Positions 19,860 to 29,900 of a DNA stretch of 64,000 bases are shown piece after piece. Location of the stretch: NCBI GenBank assembly GCA_963810095.1, contig CAWEMM010000006.1:1632001-1696000 (forward strand). The letters run 5' to 3'. Each line of letters opens with the position of its first letter. Position 1 is the first letter of the stretch. Both the position numbers and the translations under genes were made by a program. The stretch comes from an uncultured Chloroflexia bacterium. Lineage in GTDB: Bacteria; Chloroflexota; Anaerolineae; CG2-30-64-16. The notes beneath the pieces are model-generated. The model searched no databases. It was given only the letters and a program-made list of their open reading frames with translations, and was not told the DNA's origin.

Positions 19860-19923
19860 AGAAGCTATCCGAAAATGCACTGGCCGGTCGGAGACCGGCC
19901 AGTGCATTTTCGGATAGCTTCTA
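19859..19923. repeat. Perfect 31-bp inverted repeat (65-bp palindrome)
   Basis: TAGAAGCTATCCGAAAATGCACTGGCCGGTC-gga-GACCGGCCAGTGCATTTTCGGATAGCTTCTA. Confidence 0.9.
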
Positions 19924-19977
19924 CGTGCGAGAGATTCATGGCAGGCCAACGCCCGGCCCCGCGTGTAATGCGAACCC

Positions 19978-20688
19978 CTAAAACCCCAGCCCGCGTTCCT
20001 TCAGGCTCACCCAGCGCTGCTGGCCGATGACGAGGTGGTCGAGCACGTCGACGTTGAGCAGCTTGCCGGCCTCGACGATCTGGCGCGTGACGTGGACATC
20101 TTCGGGCGAGGGCGTCGGATCGCCCGACGGGTGGTTGTGGGCGACGATGACGGCGGCGGCATTGAGGCGGATGGCTTCGCGGAACAACTCGCCCACGCGG
20201 ACGACGGCCGAGTTGAGCGAGCCGATGTACACGGTGTGAATCTTGAGCACCCGGTTCTTCGAGTCCATGATGACCGTGCGCAGGTGCTCTTGCTCGAGCG
20301 GGGCCATTTCCATCAGGAGGAGGTTGGCTGCATCCGCCGGGGATTTGACGGTGGGGCGCTCGTGGGGGGCGGCGACCAACAGGCGCCGGCCCAGCTCGAA
20401 CGCGGCCTTGAGCTCGATGGCCTTGACGCGGCCCATGCCCTTGGCTGCGGCCAGCTCTTCGAAGGGCGCCTGGGCCAGGCCGGCCAGCCCGCCGTAGCAG
20501 GTGAGCAGGCGCTGGGCGAGCATGATCACGTTCTCGTCCTTGCTGCCCACCCGGAGGATGATGGCGAGCAGCTCGGCCGTGCTCACCGCCGACGGCCCGT
20601 AGTGCTCGAGCCGTTCGCGCGGGCGCTCGCCCTCCGGCAACTCCTTGATAGTGGGGTAGTACTCGGCGAGGGCTTCGTTGAGAGGCAT
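19978..20688 (-). CDS. radC: RadC family JAB-domain protein
   Basis: [17 protein letters not shown], HhH region, [24 protein letters not shown]. Confidence 0.95.
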   Translation of the reverse strand: MPLNEALAEYYPTIKELPEGERPRERLEHYGPSAVSTAELLAIILRVGSKDENVIMLAQRLLTCYGGLAGLAQAPFEELAAAKGMGRVKAIELKAAFELGRRLLVAAPHERPTVKSPADAANLLLMEMAPLEQEHLRTVIMDSKNRVLKIHTVYIGSLNSAVVRVGELFREAIRLNAAAVIVAHNHPSGDPTPSPEDVHVTRQIVEAGKLLNVDVLDHLVIGQQRWVSLKERGLGF

Positions 20689-20697
20689 GAGATTATC

Positions 20698-21009
20698 CTA
20701 GTGCTTGAATCCGATCGTCCTGTCGGGGGCTTGAAAGCCGGTTTCCACCGGCGTGCGAACCTCGCCGTAGCGCTCCTCGTACTTGGATAGGTTCTCCTGC
20801 AGTGCATGTAGCAGCAGCTTGGCGTTGAGCGGCGTCAGCACGACGCGCGCCAGCACCTTCGACGTGGGGTTGCCGGGCAGCAGCCGCGCAAAGTCGATGA
20901 CGATCTCGGACGGCGAGTGGCTGATGATGGCGAAGTTGCTGTAGGTGGCTTCCAGGTCGTTGGGGAGCTCGATGTTGATCTGCGACTGGCCTTGATTGGG
21001 CTGCGCCAT
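20698..21009 (-). CDS. DUF3467 family protein
   Basis: CAGGAGG RBS; INIELP..LEATYSNFAIISHSPSEIVIDF...ARVVLTPLNAKLL..AL.ENL.KYE.RYG. Confidence 0.85.
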   Translation of the reverse strand: MAQPNQGQSQINIELPNDLEATYSNFAIISHSPSEIVIDFARLLPGNPTSKVLARVVLTPLNAKLLLHALQENLSKYEERYGEVRTPVETGFQAPDRTIGFKH

Positions 21010-21059
21010 TTGGGCCTCCTGTTGGGGATGTGGAGGCAGTCTACCACAAGGGTCGCTGT

Positions 21060-21098
21060 TTCGGGTAGGGGCGACCGGCCCGGCCACCCCTACCCGAA
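21060..21098. repeat. REP-like GTAGGGG...CCCCTAC palindrome
   Basis: TTCGGGTAGGGGCGACCGGCCCGGCCACCCCTACCCGAA, downstream of ssb. Confidence 0.6.
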
Positions 21099-21105
21099 GC
21101 CTTGT

Positions 21106-21518
21106 TTAGAATGGCAGGTCGTCTTCGTGCTGGGGGAAATCGTCGCCGCCGGGCTGCCCAGGCGCGCCGCCGGCCCCCCCGCCGCCTTCGTCGCGGCCGC
21201 CGCCCATGAACTTCAGGTTGGTAGCTCGCAGCTCAAGCGTCGCGCGGGATTGCCTTCCCGGTCGGTGAAGGCCTGCGCGTCGATATCGCCCTCGACCAGG
21301 ACCAGGCGGCCCTTCTTGAGGTACTGCGCGGCCAATTCGGCAGTCTTCTGCCAGCAGGTCACGCGGAACCAGGTCGTCTTTTCCTGGGACTCGCCGTTCT
21401 GGTTGGTCCACTTGCGGCTCGTGGCGATGCTGAAGCTGGTGACCGGGGTGCCGGTCGGGGTGTAGCGCATCTCGGGGTCACGACCCAGATGCCCAACGAC
21501 GATCGTCTTCTGGTACAT
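21106..21518 (-). CDS. ssb: Single-stranded DNA-binding protein (1 frameshift near 21250)
   Basis: MYQKTIVVGHLGRDPEMRYTPTG...TTWFRVTCW...LKKGRLVLVEG; Gly-rich linker and DDLPF C-terminus in the second frame. Confidence 0.93.
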
Positions 21519-21614
21519 GCGCTGTGCTCCTCTGGTTTGAGTGCCATAATCAAGCTTGCGAATGCAAAACCAATCGTTGCACACGTCCCAGCATACTGCG
21601 GCCGGGCCCAAAAG

Positions 21615-22770
21615 TCAAATTAGAATCGAACCCTTGTTCGCTTCCGGCGGCAGTAGTGTGATGGCCGATGGCTCGAGCACGAGCGTCAGCGCCTGGCCGG
21701 CCTGCGGCAATTCGCCCTCTGCCGTCGACATTTCACAGACGAGGCGGACGCCGCCGGCGTGAAGCGTCTCGACCAGGTAGTAGCTGCCGCGAAATGAGGC
21801 CGCCAAGAGCGTTCCCGGAAAGCTGTTTTTCTCCGCCGGCGCTGCACCGGCCAGCCTTGCGGCCTCGGGCCGCACCAGGACGGTGACGGGCTCGCCCGGT
21901 CTGAAGGCGGTCCTCCCATCGCTGGCGAGGACGCTGCCCAGTCCGGTCTCCACTGCGACGCAGCCTGCTGCGTCGGGGGCGCGCTGACTTTCCCGGGGAG
22001 CAGGTTGCGGAAGCCGAGGAACTTGGCCACGTACTCGGACGCGGGCCGGCGGTAGACCTCGGCCGGCGTGCCTTCCTGCTCGATCCAGCCGCCGCGTCCC
22101 TGCTCGGGGCGGGCACGCATGATCAGCACGCGATCGGCCAGCGCGAACGCTTCCTCCTGGTCATGGGTGACGTAGAGCGCGGTGATCCCCACCCGCTTGA
22201 GGATGTCCCGCAACTCGTTCATCAGTTCTTCGCGCAGCGTGCGGTCCAAGGCCCCCAGCGGCTCGTCGAGCATGAGGAGGCGCGGCCGGGGTGCCAGGCT
22301 GCGCGCGAGCGCCACCCGCTGCTGCTCGCCGCCCGACAGCTCGATCACCCGGCGCCGCTCGTAACCACGCAAATTCACGAGGTCGAGCATCTCCCGCACC
22401 CGGTCGTCGATCTGGCCGGGCGACAACTGCTGCATGGCGCGAGCATGCGCAGGCCGAAAGCAACATTCTGAGCGACGTCTTTGTGGGGAAACAGTGCGTA
22501 GTCCTGGAACATAAAGCCGAAGTTGCGCTTGTGCACGGGGATGTGGGACACGTCCTGCCCTTCGAATGTGACCTTGCCGCTGTCGGGCGTCTCCAGCCCC
22601 GCGACGATGCGCAGCAGGGTGGTCTTGCCGCAGCCACTCGGCCCCAACAGGCAGATGATTTCGCCCGGGTCGACGCTGAAGCTGGCCTCTTCGAGCACCG
22701 GCAGGCCGGGGTAGGACTTGGAGACGCCGGCGACGGTGAGCAACGGCGGCGTTGGGGGCACGGGTGGCAT
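21615..22770 (-). CDS. ABC transporter ATP-binding subunit (ThiQ/PotA-like, TOBE tail); frameshifts
   Basis: GPSGCGKTT, FQDYALFPH, LSGGEQQRVALAR, LMLDEP, YVTHDQEEA; last gene of the TPP-controlled operon. Confidence 0.88.
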
Positions 22771-22773
22771 GGA

Positions 22774-24438
22774 CTAAAACTCCCCGACCTGGCCGACGCG
22801 GAAGCGTTCGATCAGGACGAATGCGGCCGCGCAGATCAGCATCAGCAGGGTGCTCATGGCAATCGCCTGCCCGTAATTCAGCGCGCCGGGCTGCCCGAGC
22901 AGGCGGTAGATGACGACCGGCATGGTGGGGAAGTCGGGCCGGGCGATGAGCAGGGTGGCGCCGAACTCGCCCATGCTGACCGTGAACGCAAACAGCGCCG
23001 CCACCAGCAGCGCGCGGCCGATAATCGGCAGGTCGATTTCGCGCCAGAGAACCCCGGGCGACGCGCCGAGGATGCGGGCGGCTTCACGCCAATCGGGGTT
23101 GATGCCGCGCATGACCGGCAGCAGCGTGCGCACGACGAAGGGGAACGCCACGAGCGTGTGGGCGATGGGCACGAGTGCGGGAGATGCGCGCAGGTCGAAC
23201 GGAGGGTTGCCCATGGTCAGAATGTAGCCCAAACCCAGGGTCACGGCAGACGTGCCCAGCGGCAGCAGCACCAGCGGCTCGAGTGCGAGCGCACCGCGCG
23301 ATTTGCCACGTGACATGAGTACGGCCGTCAGCGTGCCGATCGACAGCGCGAGGATCGTGGTGATCGTGGCGAAGCCGAGGCTGTTGCGGATCGCGGCGCC
23401 GGGGGGCACGTAGAAGAGCGAGTTGTTGCGGTTCACAAAGAGCTCGCGGTAGTAGCGCAACGGGTCGGCGGGCGCAAAGGAGCGGGCGGCCAGCACCACC
23501 AGGGGCGTCACGAGAAACACCAGGAGCCCGATGGCCGTGACCCCGACGAGGATGCGACGTCCGAGCGTGGCCGGCGGCACTTCGCCCGCGCCCGCCGGGC
23601 GAAGGTTGAGCGGCAGCGAGCTGCGGCGCTGCGCCCGGGTGTAGACTGCCATGATGATGAAGGTCAGGATGATCTGCGCCAGCGCGATCGACGCGGCCTC
23701 GGGCATGCGCATCAAGCTGACCGTGAGCCGGTAGATCTCGACCTCGAGCGTGGCGAAACGCGGGCCGCCGAGGATCAGGATCACGCCGAAGCTGGTGAAG
23801 CAGAAGAGGAACACGAGCAGGCCGGCGGCCGCGACCGAGGGCATCAGCAGGGGGAGTGTGATCTCCAGGAAGGCCCGGCTGCGGCTGCTGCCCAGCACGC
23901 GGGCGGCCTCGGAGAGCCGGGTGTCGAGGTTCGACCAGAAGCCACCGACGATGCGGACGACCACGGTGGTGTTATAGAAGGCGTGCGCGATCAGGATCAG
24001 CCAGATGCTCTGTTGGAGGCGGATGGGCGGCCGCGCGAGATCAAACCAGCCCACCAGTTGCGTGTTGAGCCACCCCCGCGGACCAAGCAGGGCAGTGAAT
24101 GCGGCGCCTACCACGACCGCCGGAAGGACGAAGGGGATCGTGGTCAGCGCGCGGATCAGCGTCTTGCCGGGGAACTTGTAGCGGGCGAACACGAACGCGG
24201 CGGGCATGCCCAGTGCGAGCGTCAGCGCGGTCGACAGCACCGATTCCCAGGTGGTGAACCAGAGGGCCCGGGCAAAATAGGGTTCTTGCCACAGGCTGCG
24301 TAGGGGCGTAAGGTCGACCCGCCCGCCGGGCGCGAAGCTCTCCACCACGACCGCAGCGAGCGGGTAGAAGAAGAAGAGGCCGAGGAACAGCAGCGGCGGC
24401 AGGAACAGCAGTGCGCCCGCACCGGGGCGCGGCCGCAC
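22774..24438 (-). CDS. thiP: Thiamine/iron-type ABC transporter permease (ThiP-like)
   Basis: Two EAA-x-x-LG motifs, about 12 TM segments; between SBP and ATPase. Start uncertain (24438-24492). Confidence 0.82.
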   Translation of the reverse strand: MRPRPGAGALLFLPPLLFLGLFFFYPLAAVVVESFAPGGRVDLTPLRSLWQEPYFARALWFTTWESVLSTALTLALGMPAAFVFARYKFPGKTLIRALTTIPFVLPAVVVGAAFTALLGPRGWLNTQLVGWFDLARPPIRLQQSIWLILIAHAFYNTTVVVRIVGGFWSNLDTRLSEAARVLGSSRSRAFLEITLPLLMPSVAAAGLLVFLFCFTSFGVILILGGPRFATLEVEIYRLTVSLMRMPEAASIALAQIILTFIIMAVYTRAQRRSSLPLNLRPAGAGEVPPATLGRRILVGVTAIGLLVFLVTPLVVLAARSFAPADPLRYYRELFVNRNNSLFYVPPGAAIRNSLGFATITTILALSIGTLTAVLMSRGKSRGALALEPLVLLPLGTSAVTLGLGYILTMGNPPFDLRASPALVPIAHTLVAFPFVVRTLLPVMRGINPDWREAARILGASPGVLWREIDLPIIGRALLVAALFAFTVSMGEFGATLLIARPDFPTMPVVIYRLLGQPGALNYGQAIAMSTLLMLICAAAFVLIERFRVGQVGEF

Positions 24439-24455
24439 TGCTGTCTGCGGCCCAC

Positions 24456-25595
24456 CTAGCGCAGCATCACGTCGGTCCAAGCCTTGATCCACTTCTCCCG
24501 GCCGGCTTCGATCTGCTCAGGGGTCATAGAGACGGCGTCGGTAGGAACCGCCGCGTGCTTCGTGAAGACCTCGGGTTGGGGCACGCCCTGTCGTGCCGGA
24601 TAGACCCACATCTGCAGCGGGATATCCGCTTGGAAGGCGTCGCCGAGCATGAAGTCGATCCACTGGCGGGCCAGCTCGGCCTGCTTCGCACCCTTAAGGA
24701 TGCCGACGAATTCGATTTGCTTGAAGCTGCCGCCGGGCACGAACAAGTTGCCCGTCGGTGCGTCGGCCGGCTGCGGATCGGCGAAGAACACCTCCGCGGC
24801 CGGGCTGGTGGCATAACTCACGACCATGGGCCGGTCACCCTTGCCGCTGCCGGCGCTGAACTGGACGTTGTAGGCATCCTCCCAACCTTCCGACACGAGC
24901 ACATCGTTCTTCCGCAGGTCACGCCAGAAGTCCAGGTAGGTGTAGTCGCCCGTCTCACCGAACGTTGCGACCGTGGCGAGCAGGAACGCCAGCCCGGGCG
25001 AAGACGTTGCCGGGTTCTCGACAGCCAGCATGCCCTTGTACGCCTCATTGGTGAGGTCACGCAGGCCGGCGGGCAGCGCGGTCCCATTGTCGCTGAAGTA
25101 TTTCTTGTCGTAGTTGATCGTGACATAGCCGTAGTCGACCGGCAGCGCGGCATTGGTGGGGTCGAGCCGCAGCTCGGCGGGGATCTTGTCCAGGCTGGGC
25201 GAGGCATACGGCTCGAAAATGCCAGCCGCAAGCGCCCGCGTCAGGAAAGTGTTGTCGACGCCGTAGAAGACGTCGGCCAGCGGGTTGCCCTTGCTCAGGA
25301 TCGCCTTGTTCAGCGCCAAACCCGCGTCGCCGGATTTCAGAAACTGGACCGTGCACCCGCACTGGTCCTGAAACCGGGCGAGCACGTCCTGACTGATGCT
25401 GAAGCTGTCATGGGTCATCACGGTTAGCGTCTTGGCGGCGCCCGGCTCGGCCGTCGCTGCAGTTGCCGTGGGCGCGGCGGTCGCCCCGGCTGAGGCCGTC
25501 GGCGCGGCAGTAGGTGTTGCCGGCAGGGTCGTGCACGCGCTTAGCAACAGGCCGAGCACTACGACGATGGCGATCAGATAGTTCTTCTGCTTCAT
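24456..25595 (-). CDS. thiB: Thiamine ABC transporter substrate-binding lipoprotein
   Basis: Lipobox LSAC, Thr/Ala/Pro linker, MTHDSF, GVDNTFL, DYGYVTINYD, PATSSPGLAFL, VSYATSPAAEV. Confidence 0.9.
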   Translation of the reverse strand: MKQKNYLIAIVVVLGLLLSACTTLPATPTAAPTASAGATAAPTATAATAEPGAAKTLTVMTHDSFSISQDVLARFQDQCGCTVQFLKSGDAGLALNKAILSKGNPLADVFYGVDNTFLTRALAAGIFEPYASPSLDKIPAELRLDPTNAALPVDYGYVTINYDKKYFSDNGTALPAGLRDLTNEAYKGMLAVENPATSSPGLAFLLATVATFGETGDYTYLDFWRDLRKNDVLVSEGWEDAYNVQFSAGSGKGDRPMVVSYATSPAAEVFFADPQPADAPTGNLFVPGGSFKQIEFVGILKGAKQAELARQWIDFMLGDAFQADIPLQMWVYPARQGVPQPEVFTKHAAVPTDAVSMTPEQIEAGREKWIKAWTDVMLR

Positions 25596-26250
25596 TCCAT
25601 TTCCATCCTGTTCAATATGATTAACAGTTGGCCCCGCTCGAGAGTTACCGTGCAGCGGGAACCGGTCAGTACGTTGCTGATTCCCCGGGCGCGGCCCAGG
25701 GAGAGCGTCTCCGCGTGGAGCGGGTAGAGCAGGCCCTCGGTGCTCACGCCCGCTGCGTCGGCGCCGAGCGGCAGCAGCGAGAGCAGGTCGCCGGGCCGGC
25801 CGTCGACCGTCAGGCGCGCTTCGCCGTGGTCGGCGCGGAGCAGGCGGACGGTTTCCCCTCCGTCTACCAGGCACGCGTCGATTGCCGCAAGCTCGGGCCG
25901 GGCCAGCAGGAGCACGTTGGCGAGCAGGTGATCCGTGCGACCTCCGGTCGCCGCGCACAGCGCGATCCGCTGCGGCCTTCAGCGCCAGGGCGTGGGCCAG
26001 CGCGAGCTCCGTATCGGTGTCATCCTTGGCGGCAGGAACTCGCACCGACCGGTGTGCCGGCCGCTTCGAGCTGCCCCGCTTCCGCTGCCGGGAGGGAGTC
26101 CAGGTCGCCCACGAGCAGGTCCACGCGCCAGCCCCAACTCAGAGCGTGATGTGCGCCGAGGTCTGCAGCAATCACGGTATCGCCCGCCCCGGGCGACATG
26201 CCCCAGGGCCGGCGGGCGCTTGGGCTGCCTGCCACGATAAAGACGATCAT
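25592..26250 (-). CDS. thiN: Thiamine diphosphokinase; frameshifted
   Basis: IAADLGAHHA, VGDLDS, AKDDTDTELAL, GGR.DHLLANV, SLLPL, GVSTEGLLYPL, RGISN. Confidence 0.88.
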
Positions 26251-26299
26251 ACACTCCCCTGGCGCGGACGGCGCCCTTCGGGTCATCACGCCGGCCAAC

Positions 26300-26323
26300 A
26301 AAAAAGCGGCCCCTGGAGGCCGC
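26300..26323 (-). terminator. Intrinsic terminator in the TPP riboswitch expression platform
   Basis: Minus strand GCGGCC-tccagg-GGCCGC-TTTTTT between the aptamer and the thiN RBS. Confidence 0.7.
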
Positions 26324-26378
26324 CTGTGCTTGGTGATCCGCATGCACGCTTGCGAGCAAGCCGCACCATGCAAGCGGT

Positions 26379-26484
26379 GCATCCCTCCGCCGGCATTACC
26401 CGTCAGGTTCAAGGGGTCGTTGGCATGTCGCGTTGTAACGTGCAACGCCAACCTCTCAGCCGGGCTCCACCCAGCTCCCCCTGC
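26379..26484 (-). ncRNA. TPP riboswitch (THI element)
   Basis: Minus strand GCAGGGGGAGC...GGCTGAGAGG...GACCCCTTGAACCTGACGGGTAATGCCGGCGGAGGGATGC; upstream of thiamine genes. Confidence 0.93.
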
Positions 26485-26549
26485 TTCACGTGCGCCGTGC
26501 CCCCGGCCTAAGCCGGGCGCACCGAGCGCAACTATCTTCGATTGCCTGG

Positions 26550-26578
26550 AGTCTACCACCGCTTGTTAACGCCGTCAA
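26550..26578 (-). promoter_or_regulatory. Sigma70-like promoter of the thiamine operon
   Basis: TTGACG-17-TAGACT on the minus strand. Confidence 0.6.
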
Positions 26579-26622
26579 GGAAGTTTATGAACAAAGTGAT
26601 AACTTCTTGTGAGAGAAATCCG

Positions 26623-26650
26623 TTGACACAAGCACAGACAATGCTATAAT
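26623..26650 (+). promoter_or_regulatory. Sigma70 promoter of the large surface-protein gene
   Basis: TTGACA-16-TATAAT with extended -10 TG. Confidence 0.7.
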
Positions 26651-26986
26651 GTCCACGTTGTCGCAGTCTGTCCTGTTATCGCCGCTTTCAAGGCGGGAGG
26701 CTGCAATTGTCCGCATCGACCGTCGTGGTGTGTCTTTCCCCGCACCCGTCGGCGTCCTATCGTTCCTCAAATTTGCCAGATGAGGACCGATTCGCTCTCG
26801 AATCGATCTGCGTGACCGGTTCGTGCGCTGCCATCGGTCCGCCGGGCGCATTTTGGCGCGCCTGCGGACTGTCGTCGTCCCCTGGCCCGCCTGGCCCTTG
26901 ACGTGCCGCGTCCTGAAAGCCAGGCCCATCTCCATCTCGGTTATTCATTCATCTACTCACAACTTAATCATCCGTGGAGGAAGACC

Positions 26987-29900
26987 ATGACCCCATCCTT
27001 CCGACAGCCCAGGACGCTGCCGCTGGCGCTCCTGCTGTTCGCCATGCTGGCATTCACTGTCCTGGCAGCACTTGTGCCGATGCCGGCCTCTGCCGAGGGC
27101 GCGCCCTACAAGCAAGTTCCGGGCTACCCCAAGTACGGCTGCTATGACGTCGTCACCGGCGGCAATGGCATGTGGAGCGGCGCGACCCCCTACCCGTTCA
27201 GCGTCGATGTGCCCGGTCCCGTTGTCGATGCTTATCTGGTCTGGGTCGGCACGGAGGACACGGGCGCACCGAACTCGCCCAACCAGAGCGATCTGACCGT
27301 CAACGGTACGACGGTGATCGGCAGCCTGGTCGACTCGAATAAGCCCGGCGCCGGCGACCCCTGGTGGTACATGTGGCGGGCAAACGTCGGACCGAGCGGT
27401 CTGAACCTCGTCAAGACGGGTGCGAACAATTACAGCGCGAGCGGCTGGAACTTCTCCCCGGATGGCACGCGGCGGAACGGCATCAGCCTCGTCGTCGTGT
27501 ACAGCACGGGCGCTTGCACGAAGCCGAATCAGGTCAACCTGATCGACAATTTCGATTATTACTGGGAGCGCCAGACGGGCACGACCGACGTCATGGCGTT
27601 TACTTTCCCGCCGACGCCTTTCGATCGTGACGTCACCGTGTGGCTGCATCAAGCGGGCACCGACTTCGTCAATACCAGCACAGCCCCCAATAAGGGCGAG
27701 GTGTCGGTCGCCGCACCCGACGCGGTAGCGCCCAGCGCCTGCCGCGGCATGTACCTGGCGGCCAAGACGGGGACGGGCACACCGCCCGTGAACATGATCG
27801 ATTACCCCGCGTCTCCCAACGAGCCCCCTGCGGCGCCGTGGTCTCTCTTGACCACCAACGGCGGTAAGTTGGTCGTCAGGGATCCGTTCGTGGGTTCGAC
27901 CTGCCAAAGCACCTCGTGGGTCTGGCCGGTGACGAGCCTCACCGGTTGGGTCGACGGGCAGGGCTGGACGCGCGACGTGGGCGGCTACATCGCACCGGAA
28001 TGGTCAATCGTCAAGGTTACGGTGCGCGTCCTCGCCGGCCAAACCTACCTGGCGCTTCAACTCGGCTCGCAGAAGACAGGTAATCCGGAGATTGTGGACA
28101 CCGGCGAGAGCGGCGCGTGGTTTGCGCAGGCCATCGTCCCGGTCCTCGATGTCAAGCTGCGGATCAGCAAGACCGACGGCGTCGATACGGCGAAGCCGGC
28201 CGACACGCTGACCTATACGCTCAACTACGAGAACTACGGCGCGTCTCCCACCGACAACACGACGATCGTCGACACGCTGCCCGAGCGGGCCACGTTTGTT
28301 TCAGCGTCGAACGGTGGCGTTTATGACGCCGCCACTCGCACGGTCAAGTGGAACCTGGGAACGGTTGCGAGTGGGGCCAAGGGCGCTGTGACGCTCGCGG
28401 TGAAGCTCGACCCGGTCTTCCCGGCCGGGACGACCGCCCTGACCAACACGACGACCATCAGCACGTCGACCCAGGGCGAGCAGGACTTGTCGGACAATAC
28501 TGCTACGGACACGACGAACGTCGTGGCGAAGGCTGAGTTGGCCATCACCAAGGCCGGCGCGCCCGAGCCTGTGGATGCGGGCAGCAACCTGACCTACACC
28601 ATCAACTGGACTGTAGGCGGCAACGCCTTCTCTGACAATGTGACGGTGGTCGATACGCTCCCCACGAATGTGACGTTCGTGAGCGCGTCGGATGGCGGCA
28701 CTTTCGCCGCGGGCAAGGTGACCTGGAACTTGGGCAACGTGACCCCGGTGAAGACCGGCACGGTGACGTTGGTGGTCAAGGTCAACAGCCCGCAGCTGAA
28801 TGGCACCGCGATCAATAACTCGGCCACGATCAGCAACCAGGCCGGCGACACGGCGACTGCGACGGCAAAGAACACCGTCCGGTCGGACCACGAGCTGACC
28901 ATCACGAAGGCAGACAATCCCGATCCGGTGCAGAAGGGCGCGAACATCACCTACACGATCACGTGGGGTGTGTCGGGCAATGAGCCGGCGCAGACCCTCG
29001 TCGTGAAGGACCCGGTTCCCTTCGGCACGAGCTTCGTGAGTGCGGACAGCGGCGGCACTTACGACAGCGCGACCCGGACGGTCACCTGGGCGCTTGGCGA
29101 CAAGATGCCGGGCGATACGGGTACGCTGACCATGGTCGTGAAGGTGGCGACCGACTTCCCGAACGGGATCAAGGTCGAGAACACCGCGACCATCAGCGAC
29201 GCGCGGCCGGGCAAGGAAAAGCAGGCCACCGAACTGACCGGCGTTGTCCAGACGCTTGAAGGCGTGATCGGCGACACCGTTTGGCTCGACCTGAACAAGA
29301 ACGGCGTGCAAGAACCCGGCGAGCCGGGGCTGAGCGGCATCGGGCTCGTTCTCAATAATGCGGGTGCGGACAACGCCTGCGGCACGGCCGACGATGCGCA
29401 GGTGGGACCGCGGTCACCGACGCGAACGGCAAGTACAGCTTCAAGCACCTGCCCGCGGGCGTGTTCTGCGTCGACGTGACCGACGCGACGGTGCCGGCCG
29501 GGATGACGCTTGTCTCGGGCACGGACCCCCGCAAGGTCACGCTGGCCGAGAACCAGGTGTACCTCGACGCCGACTTCGGCTACTGGTCCGCCTTGGGCGT
29601 GATTGGCGACCTCGTTTGGAGCGATGCGAACGGCAACGGCGTGAAGGACCCGAGCGAGGTTGGCATCGGTGGGGTCACGCTCGACCTGTACAAGGCGGGT
29701 GGCGACGGGCAGTGCGGCACGGCGGACGACGCCATGCTGGCTTCGGTTACCACGGCCGCGGACGGCAGCTACCTGTTCGGCGGCCTGGTCGCAGACAAGT
29801 ACTGCGTGAAGGTCACCGATACGGCGGGCAAGCTCACCGGGCTGACCCAGACGAAGGCGCCGGTGCAGCCCGTTACCCTGGCTGCGGGGCAGCTGTTCCT

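Noticed and set aside
19978-20688. radC as a marker of a mobile element
   Set aside because: Full-length chromosomal type with N-terminal HhH region, in an ssb-DUF3467-radC context; no integrase or transfer genes nearby.
29255-29620. EGVIGD / LGVIGD resembling the DGVIGG peptide motif
   Set aside because: These are the standard IGD.VW starts of SdrD-B-like repeats inside a large protein, not C-terminal motifs.
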